Positions 24,641 to 37,050 of a DNA stretch of 64,000 nt are shown piece by piece. Source of the DNA: Hemiscyllium ocellatum (Eukaryota). Position numbers and translations under genes: made by a program. The notes under the pieces are model-generated. The model did not search any database. It saw only the letters and a list, made by a program, of their open reading frames with translations, and was not told the origin of the DNA. The stretch spans positions 9,537,534-9,601,533 of the forward strand of contig NC_083409.1 in the NCBI RefSeq assembly GCF_020745735.1, given 5' to 3'. Every line of letters starts with the position of its first letter. Positions within the stretch are counted from its first letter, which is position 1.

Positions 24641-25019
24641 ACACTCAGACTGGCCTTGACTTCGCTCCAGTTTCTGCCTCCACTTGTGGCCCCTCCCTCT
24701 CTGCAACGAAGACTCAGACTGCATTTCCCAGATTCACCCTGAGTCCAACTGCTTACCTGCAGCCAGCCAGCTCACTCGCTCTCCCTCCTCACCCATCCAC
24801 CCCCACATTGCACCCTATCCCTCCACTTCTCCCTCTTCACCTCATCCCCACCTCCCCACTCCCCCACCTCACTCCACAGCCCACCTCTGTCCCAATCTCC
24901 TTTCTCTCCAACACCCATTCCCCCGTGCTACATCACAACCAACCCTCACCCACCACATGCCATCACACTTCCCCCCTCCCCTCCTTCAGCCAACTTGGCC
25001 CCCTCGAAAACCTCACCCC

Positions 25020-27400
25020 TGAGCCTTGCCCCATAATTACTATACCGCCCTGACCTCAAACTGTCTGAGGCCAAAAGATCCATCCTCAGGAAAGGGCTCA
25101 CAGTCATTCCCGCCCGACCCCACCTCAATGAAACCCACACCCACCACCACGTGGAGCTCTTCTTCCGCCGCCTCTACCTCCGTGTCTTCTTCTTTAACAA
25201 AAACTCCCAAACTCCCTCTGAGGACCCCTCCTCCCATCTCCAACCTTACTCCACCATTTGGTCACCCCTCACCACCAGCTGTGTGTGTACCCGAGAACTC
25301 TTCATTGCTGATGGTTGATGTGCCATCACCTGCCTCCATTTCTCCCCTCACCCACTCCAACCACACCCCCTCTGATCGAGCACTCCACGCTCTCTGTGCC
25401 AACCCCTGGTTCACCAACAAACCCGCTGACAAATGTGGGGTGGTGTTAGTCTGGAGAACTGACCGAAAAGTCACAGAGGCCGAACCCCAACTCTCAGACA
25501 CCACGTTCTACTTCCCCCTTGCCCATAACCCCACTGTGACCCATCAGGCCAAAATCACTCACACTGTCAGTGACCTCATTGCCTCCAGTGATCTCCCCTC
25601 CACTGTCTCTCATAGTCCCTCAGCCCTGCATTGCCCAGTTCCACCTGCTCCCCAAAATCCACAAGCCCAACTACCCAGTTGACCCATCATCTCAGCATGC
25701 CCCTGCCACACCAAACTCCTCTCATCCTACCTCAACTCTCCTCCTTGGTTCAGGCACTGCCCACCTACATCTGATACATCAACCATGCCCTGCACCTCTT
25801 CAGTAGCCTCCAGTTCCCCAGGCCTAAGTGCTTTATCTCCACGATGGATGTGCAGTCCTTATACATGTCCATACCCCACAAGGATGGCCTCCAGGCCCAA
25901 CACCTTTTCCTTTGCAACGGACCCATCCAGTCCCGGTCCACCAATATATTCCTCCGCCTTGCCAAACTAGTCCATGGGGTGGCCATGGGCCCCCGTTTGA
26001 GCAATGTCGACCAGTCCCTCTTCAGTGACTATACAGGCACTGTGCCATTACATCAGTGATTATATCGGTGCAGCATCCTGCATCCAGGCTGAACTGGAGT
26101 GGTTCACTGACTTTCCTCATAACTTCCACCCTGTCCTCAAAATCACCTCATCCATCTCAGACACCTCCCTGCCCTTTCTACACCTCTCCATTTCCAATTC
26201 TGGCGATAATCTTCAAACAGGCAATTACTACACACCCATGGACTCCCATTACTACCTGGGCTACACCTCCTCCCAACCAGTCTCCTGCAGAACTCCATCC
26301 CATTCTCCCAATTCCTCTGCCTCCACTCCATCTGCTCGGATGACGAGACATTTCGCTGATCACAGATGTCCACTTCTTATGAACAACATGCTTTTTCTCC
26401 TTCTGTCATCCTTCTGTCATCCACTGCACTACCTCCATTTCCCGTTCCATTGCTCTAAACCGACCCCCCTCCAAACACAATGAAGTCAGACTCACCATTG
26501 TCCTCAACTATTACCAACCCCTGTACCAATTAACGCATCATCCTTAAACACTTCCACCAACTCCAACTAGACTGACCACCAAGAACATCTTCCTCTCCCC
26601 ACCCCTGGCTGCCTTCCACAAGGACTGTTCCCTTTGACAATTCTTGGTTTGTGGCATCTGCCCACCTACCCTCCCGAACCCCCAGGAACCTTCTTTTGCA
26701 ACACCAAAAGATGCAAAGCCTGCTGGTACACCAATCCCTCCCCTCCATCCAGGGCCCCAAACAGTCCTTCCAGGTGAAACATTGCCTCTCCTCCAACCTA
26801 GTTTACTGCATCAGGTGCCCGTGATGTGGTCTTCTCTATATTGTGAAGACCAAATATAATCTTAGGGAACGTTTCACCGAGCATCTCAGCCAGGCCTGCA
26901 AGGGCCGATCAGACCTCTCAGTCACAGTCCATTTCAATTCCCCTTCCCAATCCCTTTCCGATATGACCATCATCAGCCTCCTCCATTGCCACAATGAACC
27001 AAACCACAAATTGGTGGAACAATACTTCATCTTCCATCTGGGCAGCCTACAGCCCAGATGACTCAACATTAAGTTCTCCAATTTCAAATAACCACTCTTC
27101 TCTTCCCCCGATTCCCTTCCCAGCCCCTCTCCCTCCCTTCCATTCCTGCCTGCCACCTACCGGATTCATTCTTCCCATTGACCAACCAAGTTGTACCATC
27201 TACCTGTCATCACCTATCCTCACTTCATCATCCTGTCCCCACTACCCCCTTTATCTGCTTCCTCTACACCTAACCCCATTCCTGAAGAAGGATTACACCC
27301 AAAACATCAACTTCTCCACCACCTGATGCTGCCTGCCTTGCTGTGTTCTTCCAGCCTCCTGCCTGTCACTGAATGGAACCAGAAAAGAGTTAGACAATCA
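25020..27400 (+). mobile_element. Degenerate Penelope-like retroelement (RT plus GIY-YIG), near full length
   Basis: LSEAKRSILRKGLT; TMDVQSLYMSIPHKDGL; GVAMG; RERFTEHL..VTVHFNSPSQS..YFIFHLGSLQP; decayed hammerhead-like core at ~27282-27308. Confidence 0.8.
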
Positions 27401-28469
27401 AGTGTCAGGGCCATCAACAAATGGGAATGGGGCATGCTACAGACAGATGCATTGAGACAGTCAATAACAAAGAGAAGACCAAACTGGAAATGAAACACTA
27501 ATACACAGTGGATGGAATTTAATGTCAAAAAGTGTGAGACCATGCAGTTGGGTCAGAATAATCTAAAGGCCGACTATTATTTAAATAGTGAGAGATTCCA
27601 ACAAAGTGTAGTACAGAGTGATCCGGGTAGTTTTTTTGCATGAAACACAGACAGTTAGTGCAGGATCAGCAAGTAATCGAGAAGGCGAATGGAATTTTCA
27701 TCTTTATTGCTGGGGGTTGGAATTTAAAAGTAGAGAAATCTTGTTAAAACTATAGAGAGTGTTAGTGAGCCTGCATTTGGAGTATTGTTTGCAATTTTGG
27801 TCCCTGTATTTAAGAAAGGATGGACAGCTATTGGAGGCTTTCTCCTGCTCCTATTTCTCATGTCCTTGTGTGCTCCAGTGTCCTTCCCTCACAGCGGAGC
27901 TGGTTGGAGCCTGCCTGCAGTAGCAGCCTCCAGTCTCTGGGTGGTGCTGCCAAATGATCTGCCTTGCCCAGGCTGTCACGGTTCCCACATCAGAACAATG
28001 TCTGGACTTTGGAAGTATTCCATTGACTGTGAAACATTTTCCAACATCCTAAGTTCAAGAAACGTATAGCATAAATATAATTCTGTCTCCTTTTATATTT
28101 TATCTCCATGTCTTCCCAGCTGTCACCTGACAACATCACACACTTGCGCTAAATCTAGAATGAATCATGAATCTCTGGGAGATCTTAATCTATGACAACA
28201 CTGGGATTAATGACCACCTCCTCAGTGGGCTTTGAGGGTGAAGGTCAACAGCAGTCTCACTGGGACTTGATCTGGGTTATCTTGATCGTGATCCAGTCAG
28301 TCAGTGTTTTTGTCTGGGTCCAGACAGTACAGACCAACCTCGGACCCTGTGATCTGATTGAAGTGAAGGGTTAGCTGTGCTGGGCTTTCACACATGGCTC
28401 ACACACATAGTGAATCAAGGATTACACATTTCATGAGAGTAAATGGAACTAACAAACTGGTTGGTTGTG

Positions 28470-28880
28470 ACATCCCCAACCTGTCCCCAGTAGTATACAG
28501 TAGTATTCTCAGACAGAAAGGATGGTAAAAAAATATATCCCGCAAAGAGAGAGGAGACAGGAAGAGCAATGTTCCCCAGAGACAGGCGAACATTAACTGT
28601 CTGCTCCCCACTTTCTTGTTGTGACATATGCCCTGGGGAAATGGGTTTGGTTTTTATTTTCTCAATTGTATTTCCAAACATCCTAACATCGAGGTGGTTC
28701 GGAAACAAGGATTCCAATTCCGTATTTTGTGTAGCAGCAGATCTACTGAAGGTCATGGTTTCATTTGGAGCTTGCCCAGGTTTCTGTCCAGACTGATGCA
28801 GCATGGTCTACCAGTGCTGCTCCTATTGGGCTAAACCATCACACACGAGGGAATCTGACGGGCACTTTCTCTTTGTGCTG
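28470..28880 (-). pseudogene. Possible highly decayed Ig V segment of non-kappa (lambda/sigma-like) type
   Basis: Ordered motifs SCVM (Cys 28843-28845), IS-W..QKPGQAP (28766-28790) and L-SE-NTTVYYWGQVGD (28472-28515), with frameshifts and an over-long FR2-FR3 spacing; no canonical RSS. Confidence 0.45.
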
Positions 28881-29744
28881 GCAAATGAGAGATTTGCTTT
28901 TACTGCAATGGTGGCCAAAGAAATGAGTCAGTGGAGATAGTTCCAGCTGAATACAATGTTCTGATGTTCATGATGGGATTAACCTCGACAGTTCCCATTT
29001 GCTTTAAACACCAACAGTGGAACAGGAAGTTACCACGCAGTGGTCTCCTGGCTCACACTGAGAAACCAAATTGATGGTATAACTGCAGAGAGCAAGACAA
29101 TGGCTTGGACTCACCAAACAACCAGAGGCTTCAGCCAACAATTGGATCAAAGGCAAATGCAGTGTTGTGTAAACTATCAGTATCTCAGGGAGCAAACACA
29201 ACTACTGAGCTACAAAACCGAATAGAATATTTTTACGACAAATTGGCATTCCAAAAGTAAAATACAAACACAATATGCATAAAACCTGAGTACAATCTAA
29301 TTTCAGAGACTACAGCATTTTCTTTGAAAGCTGTATGATAATGAGATGAGAATTCAAACAGCCACCCATTCCGTCACACAGTGTTGAAGTTGCATTGTCG
29401 TCATCATAACACGTTTGCAAGCTTCTTAATACACGAAAGGGGAGAGAACCATTGCAAACTGTATTACCACGAGTCAGGATCCATTAAAAACTAAGACCAT
29501 GATATTAAATGCTCCCAGCCAGATGCAACACTGATGCATTCACATCATTAGAGTGTTAAATGATGTTAAAAAGTCTGCCAACCACTTTCATGAAGACAGA
29601 GTATTTTAAATCTCAAGAGGCATTGATGATTTTTTTTCAGTACCATAGCAAGGAAGCAGCAGCTGACATATGAACTCCAACAAAGTAATGATAACAGGCA
29701 CTGAGTACAGAGCAGGTTCCTGAGAGAGAAAAAAAAATCAACAG

Positions 29745-30165
29745 CAGAGATCTATCCAGAGCTAGGAATATTTTAGACCAGACACCTTGTTGCCAGCAAG
29801 TTACTGCAACTTGAAAATTCCAGTATGGTTGGAGAGAGAAAAAGGACAATGTGCAGATTGTTGAACAGGCCCCTACACCTGGGCCTGAGGCAGGAGCCCA
29901 AGCTCCAACACACTGGCCTCACTTCACACCAACCCTCACACAGTGCGGAGTCATGAACTCCGGCCATCAATCCCTCTGGGACCGGGGCGGAGTGAGGGAA
30001 CAGGGGCAATTGTAGAAGAGTCAATAAGGAGTAAAGCAAGATGGAGAGAGTGTTTTGGGAAGGGGTTAGAGGAGGAAATATACTTTGTGTCACTCAGTAC
30101 TGACATCATCACAGAATGAACAAAACAGCACACTGTGAATACAAACAAAAGTCACATCAAATTAC
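29745..30165 (-). repeat. ~420-bp block duplicated in inverted orientation at 40540-40955
   Basis: ORFs 29773-30093(-) and 40668-41018(+) share PEGLMAGVHD.ALCE.WCEVRPVCWSLGSCLRPRCRGLF.NLHIVLFL; the nucleotide match is also clear. Confidence 0.9.
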
Positions 30166-30304
30166 TTTTTCTTTATAGCACGGGACATTTTCATTGAGGT
30201 GCTTCTGAAGCTGTACACTCTCTCTATGGGACTCTGCAGATTGAGCCTGTCAGCTCCAAGCAGAGTCCCACTTTACGTTTCACGGATCAGGGACAGTGAA
30301 GCAG

Positions 30305-30318
30305 CTGCCCTCTAGTGG
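30305..30318 (-). promoter_or_regulatory. CTCF-binding motif
   Basis: Minus strand CCACTAGAGGGCAG, a close match to the CTCF core, in a small CpG-enriched unique patch. Confidence 0.6.
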
Positions 30319-33300
30319 CGAGAGAGCGCTTGCACGGCTGCTGAGGATTATGGGTAAAGTCTCCTTCCATTCGCGCCCACACAAACCAGCAGCCACTTCA
30401 GCTGCTTTATTGAAAACCACAAGCTTTAAGGCGCTGTTCTTTCAACGGTGGAACTGGACACACGATCAAACGAATTCGGGGCAGATGAAGGAGATTCATC
30501 CTCTTGAACCTGTTCCCCATGGCTGACCTGATTATTCAACATTCTTGCCTTACTCTGATAGATTCTTGATAAGCAATGGCTATCTACTTCTTCACTACAA
30601 GCATTCAGAGGTTTCATTTCTATGTTTGAAAAAGAGTTCCAAAGACCTATGACCTTATGCTAGAAGCAAAAAAACCCTGCTTTTCTCGGTCTTAAATGAG
30701 GGAATTTATTTTAGTTTTATATTCTCCCTGTAAAGGAAGCATTCTTTTCATATCCACGCCATTGATATGGCATCCGCTTTTAATCAGCTGCTCTCTCATG
30801 AGAACAGCAGCCTATCCTGCCACCTTCAGTGTCTGATGCACAATTCCATCCAGGTCATACTGCCCCTCCACCCACCCATACTTGTACCGTTTAGTTTGTT
30901 GGTCTCTCCAAGTTTTCCTTCCAAAATGATTCAGTGACATCTCTTTCCATTAAATTGTTTCTACAGCCATCTGCTCATTCCATTAACTTACCAACATGCT
31001 CTTCGAAGTTCGAAGCTATCTTCTTCATCAGCTGTAATACATCCAAGTTTCATACCATCAGCAAATTTTGAAATTATGCCTTGTGCACTCAGGTTAACAT
31101 TTATTTAACTATTTTAAGTATTTTTTAAAAATAAGCAATTTTATAAACTATTTTAAATCAAACCTAAAATGTATTGCCCATCTCTAGTTGCTCGGACTGA
31201 GTTCTGAGCCAGATCATGGGACCATTAAGAATGAATCACGTCACTGTGTGGGACTGGAGTCACAGACCGGGTGATGACTGGGTTCCGTTGTCCAAACTAC
31301 ATTCATGAACATGACATTGAGTTTCATGGGTTTTTTTTTTGTTCAGATCCCAGCACCTTCCTTCCCAGATATTACATGGCTCACCACCATCCTCTCCAGG
31401 ACCATTCCGAAAGGGCAACGAATAGCAGCCACTTTTGTGCCCGCCCATCCCAGGAGAAATCAAAATAAATGAGATATACTTCAAATCATCAAACTGGTGA
31501 GGCTTGAATTCATCTCTTTGAGAGACTGTAGGCTAGGCTAAAAGTAGGGCCATGACACGGGTGACCCTGGTTTGTCAGACTGAATGGTGGAGTGTCCTTC
31601 GGATTGACACTGGGATCAGGCACAAAATGAATTACACTCAAAGACAGAACAAACGGCTATCAAACTGCAGAGAACAGTAATTTATCCAAGGGAACTCAAC
31701 AGGCATCAGTGGGTGTAAGAGCATTAGGCAGGCAAGTGTCAGATATTGTTGAATACACCAGAAACACAGTCACTCATTAAGAGAAGCAGGGAAATGGGAA
31801 TAATTGAAATCTCTGCTGAGAGATGGAAGGGGTTTTCTCGGTTGTAACGCCTCTGAGAACGATAAAACTTGAAGGGCCGTTTATATCATAAACAACATTG
31901 CAGCATGGAGAACTGCTGCCTTCCTGAACCCGCTGCAGCCATGTGTTGTAGGTAGACCCAGAATGCCCTGAGGGAGAGAATGCCCTGATTTTAACCCAAT
32001 GTCAGTGAAGGAACAGGGATATATTTCTAAGTCAGGTTTGGGGAAAATCTTACAGCTGGCAGGGTTCCCATGTGTGTGCTATTTTAAAAGGTGTTAATAA
32101 CCTGAAAAAGAGGAATAATAAAGGGAAAGTAATGCTAGAAAGCATTCAACTGGATGGTGATGGATTAATTATTGCGGTGACTTTTTGGGTAGAGTTGGCT
32201 GTTCTTGTCCAGCAGCAACATTCTCCATGGTAACGCTTTATTGCATTCCAAAAGAAGACGTTTAAACCTCAAAACTCTGACCTCACTCAAAGGCAGTGCT
32301 AATTATTGACAGATTATATGATTTTTTTAAAGAAGTTTCAGCCTTGGCTAAGTTGGTAGAACTCCTTCCATGGAGTCAGAAAGGTTTGCATTCAGGCCAT
32401 TCTAAAGTGGGTCAACAATGATCTCACCCATCAGTGGCCGAACTGCTGGGGAGCTCCTTTTGGTTCCTGGGGAGGTCCGCAGTTGGAAGCGAGCAGAGCA
32501 ATGCTTGTTGGAGACAAGGCTATCACTGGAGACCTTGGCTTATTATGGAAGCCCAGACTAAATGCAACTAAGGGCAGGTATGGGTCATGGGTGAGGTGGC
32601 GGTTTAACATGAGGACATCATCTGAAGCTCGGTCCCTTGATTGGACACATTGTGGGAAAGCCAAGCTGATTTAATCCCTGAGCTGCCATTAAATCAGGAT
32701 AGATTCAGGAATTTAGGGGTCAATTGGTTCCTCAGTCTAGTTGATATCGTCTGATGGTGGCTGAGAATTCCAGTTCACAACTTCTGTCCTGATATTCATT
32801 GGGAGAAATTTTAGCTGCCATTGGGGATATTGAAATCGGCTACTTGAGTGATTAAATGTGCCTGGAGTCATGTTTCCAACTGTATTAAATCTGGGTCAAA
32901 GCGTAAACATCAAACCTGATGTTTCCTTTGCAAAACTGAGAGAAGATGTGCAGGTTAGGTGGTTGGCTGTGCTAAATTACTCATTATGTCCATGGGATGT
33001 GCAGGCTAGCAAATGGAAAATGCAGGGTTACAGGGATAGGGTAGGGGAGGTGTGGGTCTGGGTGGAATGGTCTTCAAAGTGTCGATGTGTACTTGAGTGG
33101 CCTCCTTCCACAAGGAAAGAATTCCTCGATTCTATAGTTGTATGAAGGCTAGAACAGGATCTCGACAGTGGAGGGAGGGTATTCTGATGTTCAAAAATTC
33201 ATAAACAAAGAAACACAGTAAATGTAGATTTACCATCAGCGCTGACAAACTAAAAGGCAAAATGACACATTCTCCAGTCATATACCAGGTACAGAAAGGA

Positions 33301-35474
33301 GATCAGGAAAAATATTTTGATGCAGTTATTGGAATTTAATGATTATAAACTGAGTGCTCTGTTCAAAAAAGTACAGAATTACTTTCTAGAATTTCAACAG
33401 GTCTGAAGCAAAAGAGCAAATCAGGATCAAATAGTCAGTTCAGAATACAGAATTTGAGTGAGACAAAACCCTTCTTGTGAAAACGTTTCATTTTGCCTTG
33501 CGTTCTCTCCATGGATGCTGCCTGACCCGCTGGGATCTCCAGTCAACATGGTATTTGCCTTTGCTGTGCTATTTCTTGCAATTTGTCCTGATGTGGGCAA
33601 GACAGAATCTTTGACAAAATGTTCCTTTTTTCAACAACACTTGAAGTTGGATCAGTTTGGAGACAAAGGAGGGCCATGGAATCATCTTTCCCTGCAGGGA
33701 GGGAGGGAGTGTGTGTGGAATCTCCTATGGGCAGGGTTCTCCTGGCTGCCACCACATCAGGAAGGCTGGAGCTTGATGATCGAACAGAATGGACAGGGCT
33801 CACTCCTACAGTCCTCAGAGCCATGGAGCCTCTTGTGATGGGAGCATCTGCTTGGTGTCAGGGCAGACAATGACATTGCAGTGGGATTGGAAATGGGACA
33901 ACTCGACACTGGATGCTGCACAATGGCTGCACTGACTCTTCCTCTCTGCCTGATCCCCTCAGGAGTGAACGTGGATGTGCAGAATAGCTGAACACCTTGA
34001 TTTTTGAAGAAGGCATGTGCAATGGAACATTATTCTCCAGCTGACTGTCACCAGCTTGGTGCTAGAAAAGGTTCCTTTATTCATTGAGCTGAGAGCCTTG
34101 CTCCTGACCCAGCAGATTGGTGTTGTGTGGAGTTTCAGGAGATAAAGAGAGGCTGAGAAGGGAGTGAATGAGCAAGTGAGTAAATCTGCTTCTCAAATTT
34201 CCCAGCAACATTGAGAGCTCAGGGTTAAGACACAAAGGAGGAAGGATGAAGAGTTGAAGAAATTTTTCACACAGACAAGATGTGTGAGTGGGTATAGAGA
34301 AAAAAAATCTATTTAATTCTTTTGAAATTACAAAATTAGAGGCTGAATTAGGCCACTCAATCCTTCAGGACTTATCCACCAATCAATAGGACCATGGCTG
34401 ATGTGAATTTGCTTCCAGTACCACATTCCCATCCATCACACCTCCCTGATGTGTCACCATTTTCTTCAACTCAGTCTCCAGTCCAAACATCCTAAGTGGG
34501 AATTGTTGCAGTTTCAAACATTCACAACAGATGTTTTTACACTGAATCACTTTACTTTAGTAAAGAAATATAGATCCCGCTTGCAAACAAAATACATCCA
34601 TTCCTTGATGATACCAGTAATTGCCTTCAGTATCTGAATTAAAGTTTTTGTGCTTTCCATTTATTGACCTTCCTGAATGGGGGTGTCCCGAAGCAGTACA
34701 AGACGACATGAGGATATAGACGGGCTGGGAGGGTCACATGGGCTGATCAGTAACAAGTGGAATTCATTCAGATAAATGTGAGTCAGTGGACTGAGCTCTC
34801 CCTGACCATGCGAGTGAGGTGAGGGCAGAGCGACAGCCCTTGACATCAAGGCCTCTTTGATGGTGTGTGGCATCAAGGAATCTGAGCAATGCAGCAGCTT
34901 TTCACCTGCTATTCCAGGGAAGGGATCAACATCTGGATCCCTCTGAGCAACTCCTGGGAATTCTGTCATCCCAAAGGGACACCTCCTCCTCCTCAGTTCC
35001 CACAAACAGCAGAAAGTCAGCCACACTGTGCAAACTGTTTGGGGGAGCTGACCTAAACTCTCACAGCCCTGTGCTATGCTCTGCTGGAAGATGGAGGGAC
35101 TATTGGGAAACCCTTGGGGCAGCCAGCTCCATCAATATTGTTGGTCTTTAAACATGAAGGTGAACTTGTCCTGGTCCTCAGCCCTCCCTGACCCAATACG
35201 GACCAGGGCACATTCGAAATGACCAATTGTGTAATGGCGTATTGCCAGTCTGTCTGCAATGATCCAATCTGCTCTGAACACTCCCTGAGTGAGCTCACTC
35301 CATTATGTTCAGATACACTGCCATTGAGTTCCCAGGGAGCCCATCCTTACACTCCAGGGTTTTGATAACCCTCCCATCACAGAGTCCCCCCATGAACCCC
35401 TTCAGTTTGTTCTTCAATGGAGGGGGGCTGATCCCAGTGGTTTTGATGGATGTATCTGTGTGTGAGATATAATG

Positions 35475-35481
<7 letters not shown>

Positions 35482-35510
<29 letters not shown>
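35482..35510. repeat. (CA)n microsatellite
   Basis: Direct reading. Confidence 0.95.
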
Positions 35511-35819
35511 GATTATGGAGTGAAATGTACCCTCCCCACTATGGATTTCGATCTTTCCCATCTACACTCTGAGTTCAGCTCACTCTCGGCATCATTCTTC
35601 GATCTTTCTGAAGCCAACATACCTTCCTTCTTTTCCCCATTTATTGGGGATGATTTTCTCAGGGCCCTGCATTCCTGCTGAAAGTGCCCCTTCTGTCCCT
35701 AACTGTAGTATTGCCCTCCTGCTCCCAGGACCCCATTGCCCTCTCTATTCTCCCCCTCGTGTTCCGTACCTTGAGGGTGGAGGTTAACACACCCTTTCCC
35801 TGAGGCTTCAGCTCAGGCC

Positions 35820-36616
35820 ATTCCCAAAGCACACAGAGGGACAGAGACTGAATCTTCTTCATCTTTATTCCCTTTTCCAGATTGACATTGACAGAAAACA
35901 GTCAGCAATTATCAGCCCAGACAGAGGAAGCTGCTCAAATTCACAGCCACAATGGAGCTTGAGGAAAACACTTGTGGAGATTTTCTCAATAACCTGAGAA
36001 TCCTGTCCCTTTAAACAGTGACTAAACCTTAAACTGGAACTGGTGGCTGGCAGGAAGGAGATCTGGTTAACTGAAGCAGAGACTTCTGAGGTTCACATTG
36101 TTTTTACACAGCGGACAGTTTTCAATATCTTTGAAAGGTTATGCTTGTTATTACAAGTTAACACTGTCCCCAACAAACAGTCTCCTGGACAGGGACAGAA
36201 TAGGGTCAGATATAGAGTAAAGCTCTTTCCGTACTGTTCCCACCAAAACACCCAGGACAGGGACAGGATAAAAAACAGAATAAAGCTGTCTCCACACTGT
36301 CCTCGTCAAACACTGCCAGAACAGGGACAACACTGTTTGGGAACAGAGCGAATCTCTCTCTATAGTGTCACGGTAACCTGCCTTAACCCCTGAACCTCAG
36401 CGTCTCCCAGAGGCCATTCTCAAAAAGGAAGAGAGTTGAAATTCAGTGCTGACAATGACCTTTGTCCTGCCAGCTCAGCCCTGTTCTATTTAAAGTTGTG
36501 TCTCCTCTGTCGACTGTCTCCAACACTCTACACACATTCTGATCTCCTGATACTCTTGCTGAGTGGGGAGGGGAGCATCATGTGGGTGAGGGCACAGGAG
36601 AAGCGAGCGTTGGACT
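35820..36616 (-). pseudogene. IGKC: Inverted, 5'-truncated IGKC copy (last 28 codons, stop and 3'UTR)
   Basis: Minus strand SNARFSCALTHMMLPSPLSKSIRRSECV* (stop 36528-36530), then a UTR homologous to 21741-22280 including AATAAA (35864-35869); the first three quarters of the exon and the splice acceptor are missing. Confidence 0.93.
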
Positions 36617-36789
36617 GGCAGAAGTATCAATTTGAATATTTGTATCGTACACCTAACAAACCCAATGTATTTTTAAATTCCTTTTTGATTGTGAACATTG
36701 AAGTCCCCCACCCAGAGTACATTCTGTGCCCTCACCACCCTCAGAGCTTCCGCTAAGTGCTGTTCAACATGGAGGAGAGACTGACTTTC

Positions 36790-37050
36790 TGACAGAGCGG
36801 CATTCCCTCAGTACGAACCCTCTGACAGTGTGGCACTGTCTCAGTACTGACCTTCTGACAGTGCAGCACTCCTTCAGGACTCACCCTCTGACAGTGCAGC
36901 ACTCCCTCAGTACTGACCCATCATTAGTGCAACACTCCATCAGTACTGACCCTCCAATAGTGTGGCACTCCCTCAGTACTGTCCTTCTGACAGTGCTGCA
37001 CTCCCTCAGTACTGACCCTCTGACAGTGCTGCACGCCCTCAGCGCCGCAC
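36790..37050. repeat. 33-bp minisatellite, about 8 units
   Basis: ctgacagtgcagcactccctcagtactgaccct units near the pseudo-C breakpoint. Confidence 0.9.

Noticed and set aside
28305-28351. KDE-like RSS downstream of C (TGTTTTTGT...CCCTGTG)
   Set aside because: The spacer is 31 bp, not 12 or 23, and the heptamer is non-consensus; at best a decayed signal.
35820-36616. Processed retrocopy origin for the pseudo-C
   Set aside because: No poly(A) tail or TSD is visible and homology extends past the expected cleavage site.
22624-37050. CRISPR-like arrays (43-bp and 33-bp repeats)
   Set aside because: The units are head-to-tail without unique spacers, the host is a vertebrate, and no cas genes are present.
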